This document shows, piece by piece, positions 25,139-37,600 of a stretch of DNA of 64,000 bases. The notes beneath the pieces are model-generated. The model saw only the letters and a list, made by a program, of their open reading frames with translations. It did no database searches and was not told the DNA's origin. This stretch comes from Paraspadella gotoi (taxonomy: Eukaryota > Animalia > Chaetognatha). A program made the translations under genes and the position numbers. Numbering within the stretch: the stretch's first letter is position 1; each line of letters opens with the position of its first letter. The stretch covers positions 20,212,729 through 20,276,728 of the forward strand of contig CM119266.1 of assembly GCA_051294375.1 (NCBI GenBank), in the 5' to 3' direction.

Positions 25139-25950
25139 CAATTCAACAAAGATAAGGATTGTCTTGTACGCATGGATTAAACAATATTTTACAAATAATT
25201 TTGGTTGTATACAAAGTTGAGGGGTATTTACATTTTCTCCAAAGCGCGAATAACATCTCTAAGATAATTGAAAGGAACAATTATACAAGATGATTTCCTG
25301 TTTAAAATTATTATTTCACCATTTTTAAAAAAAATTTAAAATCTTATTTAAATGAAATGAATAGAAGTTACTAAAATAAAGAATTTAATTATAGAGTTTA
25401 TACTTAATATTGAAATATAGTTTTTAGTTACTTTTTTAACATTTAAAGAAATTTTTCTTTAAATTATATAATTAAAGATATATATTTTAAATTACATATA
25501 AAAGGTCATGTTAATTTTTGACCGCTTTATAATATATCCTGTTAATAATTTAGGAAAGTGTCATATAATAGTTAACGAACAGCTAGTTTTTTTTTTTAAG
25601 TTCCTTTGAAAACTAGTATCGCTTCTGAGTTTTTTGTGAATCAGTTATATATTTATTAAATAAGGTTTTCGGAAGTCTAGACAGCAGTACATACGTACGT
25701 AGTAGCAAAAAGGAACGGGGCTTTTGGAACAAGGTCAACTTCGTGTGACAGGTTCTGAGTTGTGAAAGGATGCAAGCATTTACACAAGATTAAACGATTG
25801 AACAATGAACAATTTGCGTTAATTATAAAGAGCACCATTGTCCCGCATTATTAAAAATGATAATTTTTCTGATTAAACGTGATCAACTTCTCATTAATAA
25901 TATTGAACGGCAGGTTTACAATTGTAATTGAAGATATATTGAGCTACATT

Positions 25951-26123
25951 TTAAGCTTTCACTGAATTTACAGCGACGCTGTCCTCTTCGATCTTATCTT
26001 CTTTCTCCTCTTCCTCTTCCTTCTCTTTTTGAGTTGTCACTGCTTCTTCCTCTTCTTCTATTTCGACGTCTTCCTCCCCGTTCTCTCGTTCGTCGATAGA
26101 TGGCGACAGTTGGAGTTCGTTCT
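25951..26123 (-). CDS. Orphan acidic terminal exon of an unassigned minus-strand gene
   Basis: Strong acceptor gttttacttttcgctttcag followed by NELQLSPSIDERENGEEDVEIEEEEEAV...NSVKA* (phase 1). Confidence 0.45.
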
Positions 26124-28143
26124 CTGAAAGCGAAAAGTAAAACCTGGGTTTGGCACGTATTCTATTTTTGTTTGGATAATGATAATGGATTTGTCTTTTT
26201 AATTTTCAAATCCTGTCTCATTCCAGATCACCCTTTCTCTTTCCAAACTGTTTAGCGGAAACTAAATTAGGGGAAAATTGTTCTTTTGATTTCCCGTTGA
26301 CATTTGAAATTTTGGCGCCTTCTTGCTATGACTACGTGTATGGCGTGAGCCAGGAAAAAAACTGGAGACCAATTTTTTTTTCTTTCTCTCTTTCGTTCCA
26401 GTTCTTTCAATTTAAAAAAAAAAACGACCTAAAATTGGATTTGAATAAATGCCATCCAAAGGCTACGGTAAAGGTGGCGGGGAATCGTAGGACAAAATGG
26501 CGGCGAGATTTGTTTGTACGTGTATTCCCTAATAAAATATCGTATTTCCGAGCCTAAATATTACTCTGGAAATGATTAAAAAAAAAGAGGGGGAAATAAC
26601 GTAATTTTGGTTTCAATTATCGGGGGGTTACTCTGCGCGGAATTTTCTTTTCTTCAGACGATTCGGTTTCTCGATAATTATTAGGCGAATCAACGCGGCG
26701 CCGGCGCCACGAGGAGCCACCTCCCTCTCAGCCTCATTCCTTTCAATTCTTCTGGTTCAACTTTTTTCAATTTCTCCTCTCAACCTCTTCTTCGGTTTTA
26801 ATTACCACATCTTGATGCCCTGAGTGACTTTACCCCAATCGCTAACCAGTAACCACCTAACATTTTTATCAAGATACCTTATAATTTTATCTTGGAGTTG
26901 TCCACAACGACATGAATTCTTTTACGAAACTTAATAAGAAAATAAAAAAATTATACTATTTTTATTATTATTTCTTTACTACTACTACTATTACTACCAC
27001 TACTTTGTTCAACATTTTCACATCAGACATTCATTGAAAAAATATGTTCGTTTGTCAATTTTTTTTAAATGTACACAATTAATACGCTAAACTAAGACTC
27101 CCCCACTCAACTCGCCCCTTAAACTTTCCCGTCCATACCATTCTCCCCTTTTCACATTTCGTCTTTTTTTTTCTCTCACTCGAACCGAAAAACGTCATCT
27201 GCATATTTTCTCGTGAGCCGCAGCGCCGCCGGCGCCCGCTCCGTCGCTGCCGCCGTCTGAGATGCGATCTGTCATGGTGTCACACGTCTGCCCGTGACGC
27301 CGCCGACGCCCCGTCCTTACGAGTCACTCTCGGCGACGTCGCAGCTCCCCTCCCCACTTCGTCGCCGGCCAATCCGCCTGTGCTGTTACAACACCCCTTA
27401 ACACGAGAACACCCTTCGGGCGGAATTCTAGAAATTCGTCGAGCCGAATATCGAATGATCTCCGGTACGGGCGAGCGCGTGCGCAACTGCGCATGCGCTG
27501 TTTCGAAATCTTCCTAGTACACGAGAGCTCTTCTCTGACTTCTCCGTTTGGCGAATCGAATTAAATTTTTCGACAGCCTCCGTCTTAAAATCTCGGTCTC
27601 TCTCTTTCTCTCATCTCTCTCTCTCTCTCTCTCTTTCTCTCTCATCTCTTATCTCTCTCGTCTCTCTTCTCCTCTCTTCTCTCTCTCGCGCGCGCGAACG
27701 CGCGTCTCTGAACTTGTCATCTTCTCTTCACGTGCCTTCGTCACTTGACGTGGGGGAAAAAAATTTAAAGGGGAGCGCGTAAAATGAGAGTGAGAAAGAG
27801 AGAGAGAGATGCAGAACAGCACTAGAATCCAGCAAATGCAAGGAAAAAAGAATGATAAATAATTCAGTTAAAATCCCAGTGCAAAATCGTTTAAGTCAGG
27901 AGATCAGGAGATATAATCGCTCGTCTCACCTTTAAATATTCTTTTGCAATTCAATTTACTAAATTGATTATCATTAGATTATGATTCGGAATAAGAAATT
28001 TCATATTATTATGTTCTTAAGCAAACGACTGAACTTGATTCACTTGCTTAAGGTTAAACTTTTAAAATCTCTCTTGATTAAACTCTTCTTCGTCCTTGCC
28101 TTCTTCTCCCCAACACAATTTTTCGGACGACTTTGAGGCATTC

Positions 28144-28227
<84 letters not shown>

Positions 28228-29526
28228 TAACTCTCTCTCACAGACGAAAAAATTTTTTTGACGTCAACACATTGTTCACTTCCGGTCCGCGATAACGTCG
28301 TCATTCCCTGGCTCCGTTTTATCTCTTCATGTTTTGTAAATGGTTCTTCCTTCTTCTTCTTCTTCTTCTTCTTCTTCTTCTTCTTCTTTCTTCTTCTTCT
28401 TCTTCTTCTTCTTCTTCTTCTTCTCTTCACCATCCTTCCCCCCTCTCCCCCCACAGCCGCTTTCTCTTCTTCTGCTGGCGCTCATTTTTCCCGCGATCTT
28501 GAACAAGGACTGGCGCCGCCTGGCGCCGGGATTCCACTTCTGAAAGGCGATGTTTGGAATCGAGATGGATTTCGGGATCCCGGCCCCGCGCGACCAAAGG
28601 GTCGGCCCAGCGGAGGTTGGCCCCGGAGGCCCTGGGTGGGAATCGGGGAGTCCATCGCGATTGGAGCCATGGATTGAGTAAGATTGTTTAAACACCACTC
28701 GATAAAAACGTTTTATATTAGTCTTACTGTGTCCTGATATATTTTTTTAAATTTTAATTTAAATTTGACTGAAAGAAGTCTAGTCTGTCTCAGGCGCCCA
28801 TGTCTTCGCTCGTCGTCGTCGTCGTCGTGCTTTAAATCGTCGTCGTCGTCGTCGTCTTCGTAGCCGTCGGCGCCGCTTAGGTCTTATCTCTCATTTCAGT
28901 CATTAATTTCACGGAACGCTTTGTTCGGGACAAGCCGAAACGAATTGGGAGGGGGGGTTGAATGAAGAGGACGGGTGAGTGGTGGAGAAAGAGGTAAGGA
29001 AAAACCTTCCTATTTCTTCAGCCTTTGATTTTTTTTCTGGGGAGGGCAGGGGTTGTAGGACCTTTCCTCACATTTCCTGAAAAGGACAATGTACAATTGT
29101 ACATCTCTCTGTATATCTTCAAAGCGTTCCTTTAATTTTAATCTACTTTCCCATCGGTTTTTCTTTCCCCCCTCCGTTTCCCTTTCGTTTTGTTTCCCTA
29201 CCAATTTATACATTTTGACCATGTTTGTCTCCTCCCATTTTTTTCCTTCCCTACCCTTAAGTCAGAACTACCTTAACTCATTCGTCCGCCAGATGACCGA
29301 TTAACCAATTCCACCTCCCGCCCCCCTTTCTCCTTCTTCCCTCCTTCCTCTTCCTTTCCAGACGTCGGCTGGCCAGGTGTTTTTCCCTGCGTCTCCCTTT
29401 TCTTTTATGAGTCGGTGTTGCGTCATTAATTTTCGTGATATTCGCGACTTTTTCTTTCTCTCTCTCTCCTCTCTCTCTCTCTTTTCTCTCTTCTCTCTCT
29501 CTCTCTCTTCTCTCTCTCCTCTCTCT

Positions 29527-29569
<43 letters not shown>

Positions 29570-30747
29570 CTCGCTCTTTTTTATGATCCTGATTTATGGA
29601 ACTTTTTCGACTGTTATCACAATCCCTTCAATCCGACGAACGAGAGAGAGAGATGAGTAGAGAGAGGGAGGGAGGATAAAAGTGAAGGAATTAAAGTCAA
29701 AGGGAAAAAAAAGGGAAAAGGACTAAAAGGAAAAGAGAAAAAAAAAAGGAATAAAGGTTGGACAGACAGTTGCTAATAATTTTTGCACATTACTATATTA
29801 TTACAAAATAACAAATGTTTGACACGATAGAATAGTACTATAAGACCAATTAAGTTTGTTCCGTTTTTGTCAAAAGATTTTTATTTGACGTTAATAAGGA
29901 TGACTATTTGTGATTTTGTTCGATCCATTAAGATTTTTTCTAAGCTATGTATTACGTGACGTTACGTTATTTTTTTACGAGAGTAACCATACAAATGAAA
30001 TATGACAATAGCAGAAGCGAGTTGTTGGCATTCATTCATTTTTCCCTCTTTATTAATTTATTCATTGACTCTTTTTTTTTGTTCGAGAAAGCGATCAGAA
30101 CGATTCCAAGACGAGGAACGGTCAGGAAAATTAAAATATTTAAAAGAATTAAAAAGACACCGCGTCCAATTCATGATCCCCCCTCCAAAAAAAAAAGAGC
30201 AAACACGAATCAATTCCGCCCAAAAAAGTTTCGCGAAACGAAATCAAAAAGTCTCCATCGNNNNNNNNNNCACTGAAGAGAAGTTCTCTGGAAAACAATT
30301 TGGCCTCTATTTTTAAAATGGTTCTTTCAAGGAAACCCAGTTTTTTTTTGTTGTTTATTTAGTTTTCGAGTGACGCTAAAAAAAAAAGAATTTCCAATGC
30401 AGAGGCTAAAATCTTGACTCTGTCAAAATTCGACCAGGCGTGACGTTCACGCCTTGCGTCATCTCCTTCGCTGATTTTTCCATTTTCTTATTTTTAGTCT
30501 GTTTTTTTTTCTTTCATTTTTTTTTTTAGTTTTTCGTTTCGCAGTAAAGAGAAACGTTGGGCTTTTTTTTTCGTCTCTCATTTTCACCTCTCAACTTTGA
30601 TTTCAATCTTGAGACACGAAGGCTCGATTTCTCTTTGGTTCTCTCCTTTCTTTTTCTCTAAATATGTGTACGTGCTTTCACTTTTCATTTTCCGAATTCT
30701 CTTCAAACTCTAGTTTTATCACCTTTTCAGGAAATTGGTAGAAAAAA

Positions 30748-30920
30748 TATCCATTCATTTACTAAATAAGATATCTTGCCTCTGACTTCGAACAGGCTAT
30801 GGTGGGCTAGGGCCTCCATCCCTCTTACAAGATAAAGACATAGCAGGTCCCTGCAAGCTTTCAGTCAAGACACATTCTAGTTTATTCACTCCCAGAGTAC
30901 CTGGCTTCCTTGTCTATGAA
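30748..30920 (-). repeat. Dispersed ~200-bp repeat family, reverse copy
   Basis: Reverse complement matches gagtgaataaactag..gtcttgactgaaagcttg..cttgtaagagggatggaggcc..ggcaagatat of the + copies. Confidence 0.7.
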
Positions 30921-32446
30921 GTGGTATATTTTATTTCTTCTTCTAATCTATTTAACGTTAATTTTACATACATATTTTTATCATTCTTTTTCCTCTTCTA
31001 CTTAAACTTCGTTTTTTATTTATTTTTTATCCCACAACGAAGCCCCTTCAGTTCAGTCTATTTTGTATTTATTTCTATTAACATAATCTTTCACTTTTCC
31101 TTTTAATTCCTTATTTCCTCCCAGTTATTTATTTTTCTCCCTTCAATAAAAGGTTTAATCTTTAAAAAAAACCGTGTTATCTTTCAAGTTAAAAAAATGT
31201 CGGAGTCTAGTCGACTCACGCGTGTCGCTTAAGATGACATGACCTGTCGCTCGGGGCGTCTTCCCTCTTTCTTTTTGCGCCATAGTCTTGATTGTCGGGC
31301 GGTCGTCAAGTATCTTCGCACAGTTCTGGGTTGCTAGTTTCACTCCGTCAAGAAGTCAAGACGTAACAACAGCATAATTAGTGATAAAAAAGTCAATAGT
31401 ATCATGAAATTGGGCTCAGCCGAATGGCGCTGAGTTTTCAACACGATCCTATTACGACAACAGAAAAAAAAAAACTAGACTATGAGAACCAACATGATCA
31501 GTAATTCAGAGTCAAGCAAATTTACAATAAAATTATCGTCAAAAACCAGTACACTGCTTGGCAGTGAACAGAACTGCGCTTACAAGGAGATGCCAAAGAG
31601 TCATCACGACGGCATCGAGTAAGTTTGAAAAGATAAACCAGAGAAAGTCACGTAACTAACGTCGATATCAATTTATTCTGAGAAATTGTGCTGGACTTAA
31701 ATCTCGAAAGTGAGAAAATGTGAAACTACGAAACTGTATTCGAAAGGCGACGCCTTGAACTGAAAAAAAAAAAAGCTTGTCAAAAAAAGAACGGGGGGAA
31801 ATGAGCAATGATGAGGAGGAGGAAGAGGAAGAGGAAAGAAGAGATGGAGACAGAGATGAGGCTGCGACAGCGAAGGTGGAGAGCGAGACGAAAGGGTGAC
31901 TGATTCTTCCGCTCATCTTTCTCCTTCTTTCTTTCTTTTTTTTATTTCGTCGTCTTCGCCGTCGTCGTTCTTTATAAATCGCCTTCACTTTTCACAGATC
32001 ACAACTCGACGGACGCGATGACGAAGACGATGATGATGATGTTTTTTTTTTCTCCTTTCCTTTCACGGATGACAACTCTGTGTCGTTTCCAATGGCAACG
32101 CCGGCGCCACCGCCGACATCAACGCCGGCAGCCGCGCCGGCGCCATCGATTATTCCGTCACCGTCTCCCGGAGAAGCTCCGGGTTCGAGGACGGAATTTT
32201 ATTTATGTATTAATCAACGAATTAATTATAATATGTCTAACAATCTCGCGTGTATATTTTATAAATATAATGATGATAACAATAAATAAATAAATACTAT
32301 AACAAAGGATAAAAGCGACGGAAAATTTTTTTTTTTTTTCTTTCTCATCAAAATCTCGTTTCGCTTGAACGAAGATGCCTTTTGTTTCGCTTCATGATTT
32401 CTCCTCTCTCTCACTGTCGCCACGAAGCGGGAGCTACTCTGGCGGA

Positions 32447-32481
<35 letters not shown>

Positions 32482-32881
32482 TCCTTCTTTATTACTCCCT
32501 ACATATCACTTTCTTCTTTCTCTTCTCCTTTCCCCTTTCCTTTTAACAATTTTCTTTTCCTTTTTCCTTCTTTTCATTTTCTTATCTCTCCTTTTCCTTT
32601 TTTTTTCCCTCTTCCCTTCTCCTTCTCCTCTTTCCTCGACTGGATTCGATGTTATGAGCCGTCAGCTGGGATTTGTCGGCCAGAGATTGAACCTGTCTTT
32701 TTTCCGCCTGTCTGTCATCCCGCCGTCGCCTGTCACGTCGCGCGCTGACGTCGCCGCGGCCGCAGCAACTGCAGCAGCGAACGTCGCCGCCGCCGCAGAA
32801 GCTCTTCCCGCGGCGGCGAAATGGCGTCGGGCGTCACAATTCTTCCGCCGGCTGTAATTTTTTTCGTCGGTTTTCGTCGTT

Positions 32882-32948
<67 letters not shown>

Positions 32949-33592
32949 AGGAGAGAGAGAGAGAGAGAGTGTGTGCAAGGAGTTGTGTTATAAAATTTGA
33001 TTTAAAAATGAACGTCTTACAAAGAATTTCTAATGTGAAACATTCGTCATATTTGGTGCCATTGATTTTAATCGTCGTTTTCGTTGCCAATATCATCATC
33101 ATCGTCGTCGTCATCGTCGTCGTCTTTTCCCTGCGGCGTAATGTATCGACAAGCGCCTGTCATCTGTCTTTTCTCTTTTGAGGTTTTCCCAAGACGAAAA
33201 TCAAATCTCTAAAAATTTCCCTGCCAAGTCAGCACCTGTCTCTCTCTCTCTCTCTCTCTCTCTCCCTCTCTCCTTCATGTTAAGCGTAAAGACCATAAAA
33301 TATTTTTTTCTTCTTCCTTCAACTTCAAATATTTTTTTATCTATATCGTTTTCGCCTCATGTTCTAATTCTTTCACTACTATGTTTTGTTTTATTCTAAT
33401 TGGCGATGAGTGTTCTATTTTTGCATTATTTTTAATTGATTAATTAAGTGACATGTTCTTGGCAATTACTGATTTCAGGAAATGTAATAAAAGAGTTCAC
33501 TTAAATAATAATAATTCTTCCGAGATATTAATTTTCAATTCCATCCAATATTCCTCCCATTTCATTTCATTTCATTTATTTCATTCAGTTTC

Positions 33593-34085
33593 AATCCAAC
33601 ATTTAATCTTGTATTCTATTTCATTCTGTATTCAATTTTAATCCAACATTTAATCTTTTATTCCATTTCATTCTGCATTCAATTTTAATCCAACTTTTAA
33701 TCTTCTATTTTATTTAATTTTGCATTCAATTTTAATCCAACTTTTAATCTTCTATTCCCTTTCATTCTGCATTCAATTTTAATCCAACATTTAATCTTCT
33801 ATTCCATTTCATTCTGCATTAAATTTTAATCCAACATTTAATCTTCTATTCCATTTCATTCTGCATTAAATTTTAATCCAACATTTAATCTTTTATTCCA
33901 TTTCATTATGCATTCAATTTTAATCCAACTTTTAATATTCTATTTTATTTAATTCTGCATTCAATTTTAATCCAACATTTAATCTTTTATTCCATTTCAT
34001 TCTGCATTCAATTTTAATCCAACATTTAATCCTCTATTCTATTTCATTCTGCATTCAATTTTAATCCAACATATAATCTTCTATT
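33593..34085. repeat. 47-bp tandem minisatellite, about 10 copies
   Basis: Unit aatccaacatttaatcttctattccatttcattctgcattcaatttt; period checked at 33781 and 33828. Confidence 0.92.
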
Positions 34086-34559
34086 TCTTTTCTATTCTTC
34101 CCTTCCATTTCCCTGATCGAACGCGTCTTCGCTTATGACGCTTTGGCTGTCGCGTCACCCATCATCGTCATCCGTCACCGGGCCGACGCCCCGTCAAGCG
34201 GTGACGCGTCACGCAAAGAAGAACCATCATTTGACAGCAACGTCGACCCGGATGGAGGAGGAAGAGGAGGAGGAAGAGGAGGAGGAAGAGGAGGAGGAAA
34301 AAGTATAAGAAAAGTGATGCATTGAATCCAATTTTCGTCTTATATTTTTTTTTTGTTCTTTTGTTTTGCTCGACTGTTGCTTTCTTTGAGTTGTGGCTTG
34401 TGCCTTTCGCAGTCAAAACAGTCAATGAAGTTTAAAAAACTGCAGAGAAGAGACTTCGATCCCTATCCTTAAATTGTTTCCTTCAAGGCATTCTCGCCTC
34501 ACATTTCCTATCAGACATAATTCAGAGCCATACCCTGTTCCCGCCAATACTACCCGCTG

Positions 34560-34635
<76 letters not shown>

Positions 34636-34662
34636 ACCTTCACACACTGCGAGTCCCATCCT

Positions 34663-37600
34663 TCACCTCGCCAGTTTGTAGTATTTGGAAAACTTGGCTC
34701 CGTGATCGAGCGGCAAGTAAACGTAAGGGGAAGCGTTGAGCGCCTCTTTCAGGCGGCGCTTTTTCGCCGAGGCGGCCTCGAGGTCGGCGCCGGTCCCAGC
34801 GGCGTCGCTCTCGTGAAGTTGCTGTGGTTGCAACGGGTCTTGATGCTGCAGTTCCTTGACCGCGGAGGAAGGGCGGAGAGGGATGGGAAAGTCGGATTCC
34901 TCTATCGTATGATGATGAGGAGAATGAGGAGGAGGGGGAACAGGAGGAGGAGGTGTCGGAGAAGCGATTGAGGCAGAACTCCTGTAAAAAAAGAACGAAT
35001 AATTATTCAGTATTGCCTTTTACAATATAACACTGAGATTTAGAAGAAGCCTTTTCGGCCTTATTTTCCCAGAACGCCCCTTTTCATCTAAAATTGGGAA
35101 TTAAATATTTTTTTTAAGTTAAAAATTAAATTAAAGGTTAAGGTTAGGGATTAAATTGAAGATTATATTAGTGATTAGATTAGAGATCAAGTTACAGACT
35201 AGAGTTTAGGGTTAAGGGTTAAAGCTAAAGATTAGAGTTATAGTTAAAGTAGGCTTAGGGATAAAAGTTAGAATATGTTTTAAAAATTATATTAGTATAC
35301 AAAGTAGAAGAGTTTTATTTTCTATAACCATGGTTCAAAATTAGATTTATACCTATTTCGGTTTTTATTTTGCAAACTTTCATCAGCATATTTTTGACAA
35401 ATTTTAAAATTAAAGATTAAAAATTTTATTAAGATTAAAATTAAATTCCCTTGATACACAAATGGGGCGCTTTTAGAAAAGAAGGCATTTGATGTCGCTT
35501 TACCTTCCACCTTCCTTTTTTTCGTTGTTGTCGTTGTCGTGACGCGACGGAGGCGACGATCTGGACGACGAAACCGACGGCGATCGACGTCGATCGATCG
35601 GCGCCGATGGAGAGTGAGATCGATGCCGAGAATCCCGCCCGGCGGCGTCACCAGTCTCCGTCGGGCGCGGCAGCCTCACGGCGCTCGAGTCGGCATGACG
35701 TCGAAGTAGTGGAGCGTCCTCTCTTGAATCGTCAACGGAATCAGATACGGAAGTTGGATCCGTGCCACATCCGGGTTGAGATGTCGTGTGGATTCTGGCG
35801 GAAGTAGCAGCAGAGTGAAATTGAAGAGAAGGAACAAAGCAAAGAATTGATTCATGGTTGAGAGATACTATCTCGATTACTTGAAAACAATGTTATAATA
35901 TTTACCCTCAATTTACGTATTTTAGATTGTATATAAAGGGGCTCGAAAATGTGACAATTATGTAATATAATATCATATAATAACATATTATGGCAACGGG
36001 GGGTAGCCTGTGATACCCGGGCGCGCGGGGTATCTCACCAACTGGCGTAGGGGCTGCGGACCCTCAGTGACCGCCTCCTGTCACTGGCATGTTTTACCGG
36101 CACCGCCACATTTAAGCCAGAACCGGGATACCCAGGGATTGAACCCGGGACGCACGGATGGAATGAGATGATTTAGCCTGCTCAGCCATTGAGACGAGGC
36201 TGAGCGGACAGCAGTGAGGCAGCTTTAAGTCTTGCTGCCACAGGATCCCCCCACCAGACTTCTCCACAGGGGCCTCAATCCTGAGGAGATGTCTGAGAGA
36301 AGGTTTTGATCTCATTGCCATAGTGAGAGCGAGCGGGCCGATCGAGCGCGAGCGAGTCTGGAGCGTTACCAGAGAAGTAGGCATAGGCGTGATATGCATA
36401 CCCCAAGCGACGTAAGCGTGGGCGCACGGTGCGCCAGCGGTTGCGTGTTCGAGAGTAGGGCTCACCACTTTTGGCAACGGAGGATAGCCTGTGATACCCG
36501 GGGCGCGGGGTATCTCACCAACTGGCGTAGGGGCTGCGGACCCTCAGTGACCGCCTCCTGTCACTGGCATGTTATACCGGCACCGTCACATTTAAGCCAG
36601 AAACCGGGATACCCAGGATTGAACCCGGGACGCACGGATGGAATGAGATGATTTAGCCTGCTCAGCCATTGAGACGAGGCTGAGGACGGACAGCAGTGAG
36701 GCAGCTTTAAGTCTTGCTGCTACAATATCATATAAAAATACAAAAATTTGAGTCCAACATAATGTCATTACAATTACAATTACAATACTATGTCCAACGA
36801 TTTACTTTACCTTGTCGTCGTCGTCGTCGTCGTCGTCGTCGTTCCATTTCCCGCCTTCCCGGTCACGAGGCGTGACGAGCGGCGAAGGAATTGAGCGCCC
36901 AAACCGAGGAGGACGTCGACGCCGCCGCCAGGGACGCTGCGCTCTTCCTCGGCGACGAATTAACCACGGACTTGGCGTTCTCGCAGAGCCGCTGGAGGGA
37001 GCTGAGGGGATGCTCGGCCATGACGTCGGTGAGCGGGCCGTTGGTGGCGAGCGGATCGGCGGTCGGCGTTGAAAATGGTTCCGATTTGGGTTCACGCTTG
37101 ACAACTACGTTGGCGGCGGAGGAAGCGGCGCTGGGCCGATGCTTGGTCGCGTCGCCTCCATGTTTTTGATGATTTCCGTTGTGATTCCGGTTGTTGTTGT
37201 TGATGCAATGATCTCCGTCCTTCAGCTTTTGAGAGATTTTCTTCAGCGCCTCGATGGCCGAGACCGCCGGCGTCTTTTTCCTCCCGGCCGAAGATTCCCC
37301 GGCGTCGGTGGCGCCGTCTCCGCTCGTCGGGCGTTTCTTGCAGGAGAGATCCATGGCGTCGTCGCCGGCGTCGACGGAGACGGCGTCGTCCGTCTTTGGT
37401 CCGACCTTCGTCTCGAAACCGGCGCTACGCTCCAACGGAACTCCTTCGACGGGCGGTTTGAGGTACCTCGACTGATGCAGCGAGCGATGCTGCTGCGAAT
37501 GCTGTTGCGGCATCGATGATTTGAAGCCGTGGAGTCGATCGTGCGGCGTCGGCCTCGAGACGACCGCCGTCCTCGACTCTCTCCCGTGTCCGCGACCGGG

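Noticed and set aside
30270-30300. CTGAAGA...GAAA hammerhead-like string
   Set aside because: The hairpin overlaps the core, no valid stem III or cleavage site, and it abuts an N gap
33593-34085. CRISPR-like regular array
   Set aside because: Head-to-tail 47-bp units without unique spacers; eukaryotic context and no cas genes
36120-36200. Functional tRNA gene or plain tRNA-SINE
   Set aside because: Only A/B boxes and a T-arm are evident, with no convincing cloverleaf. The segment lies inside repeats with PBS, PPT and fixed 4-bp TSDs and has no poly(A) tail.
36112-36651. ORFs 36112-36477 (-) and 36394-36651 (+) inside the TRIM
   Set aside because: No gag/pol motifs; they run across LTR boundaries; expected by chance in GC-rich sequence
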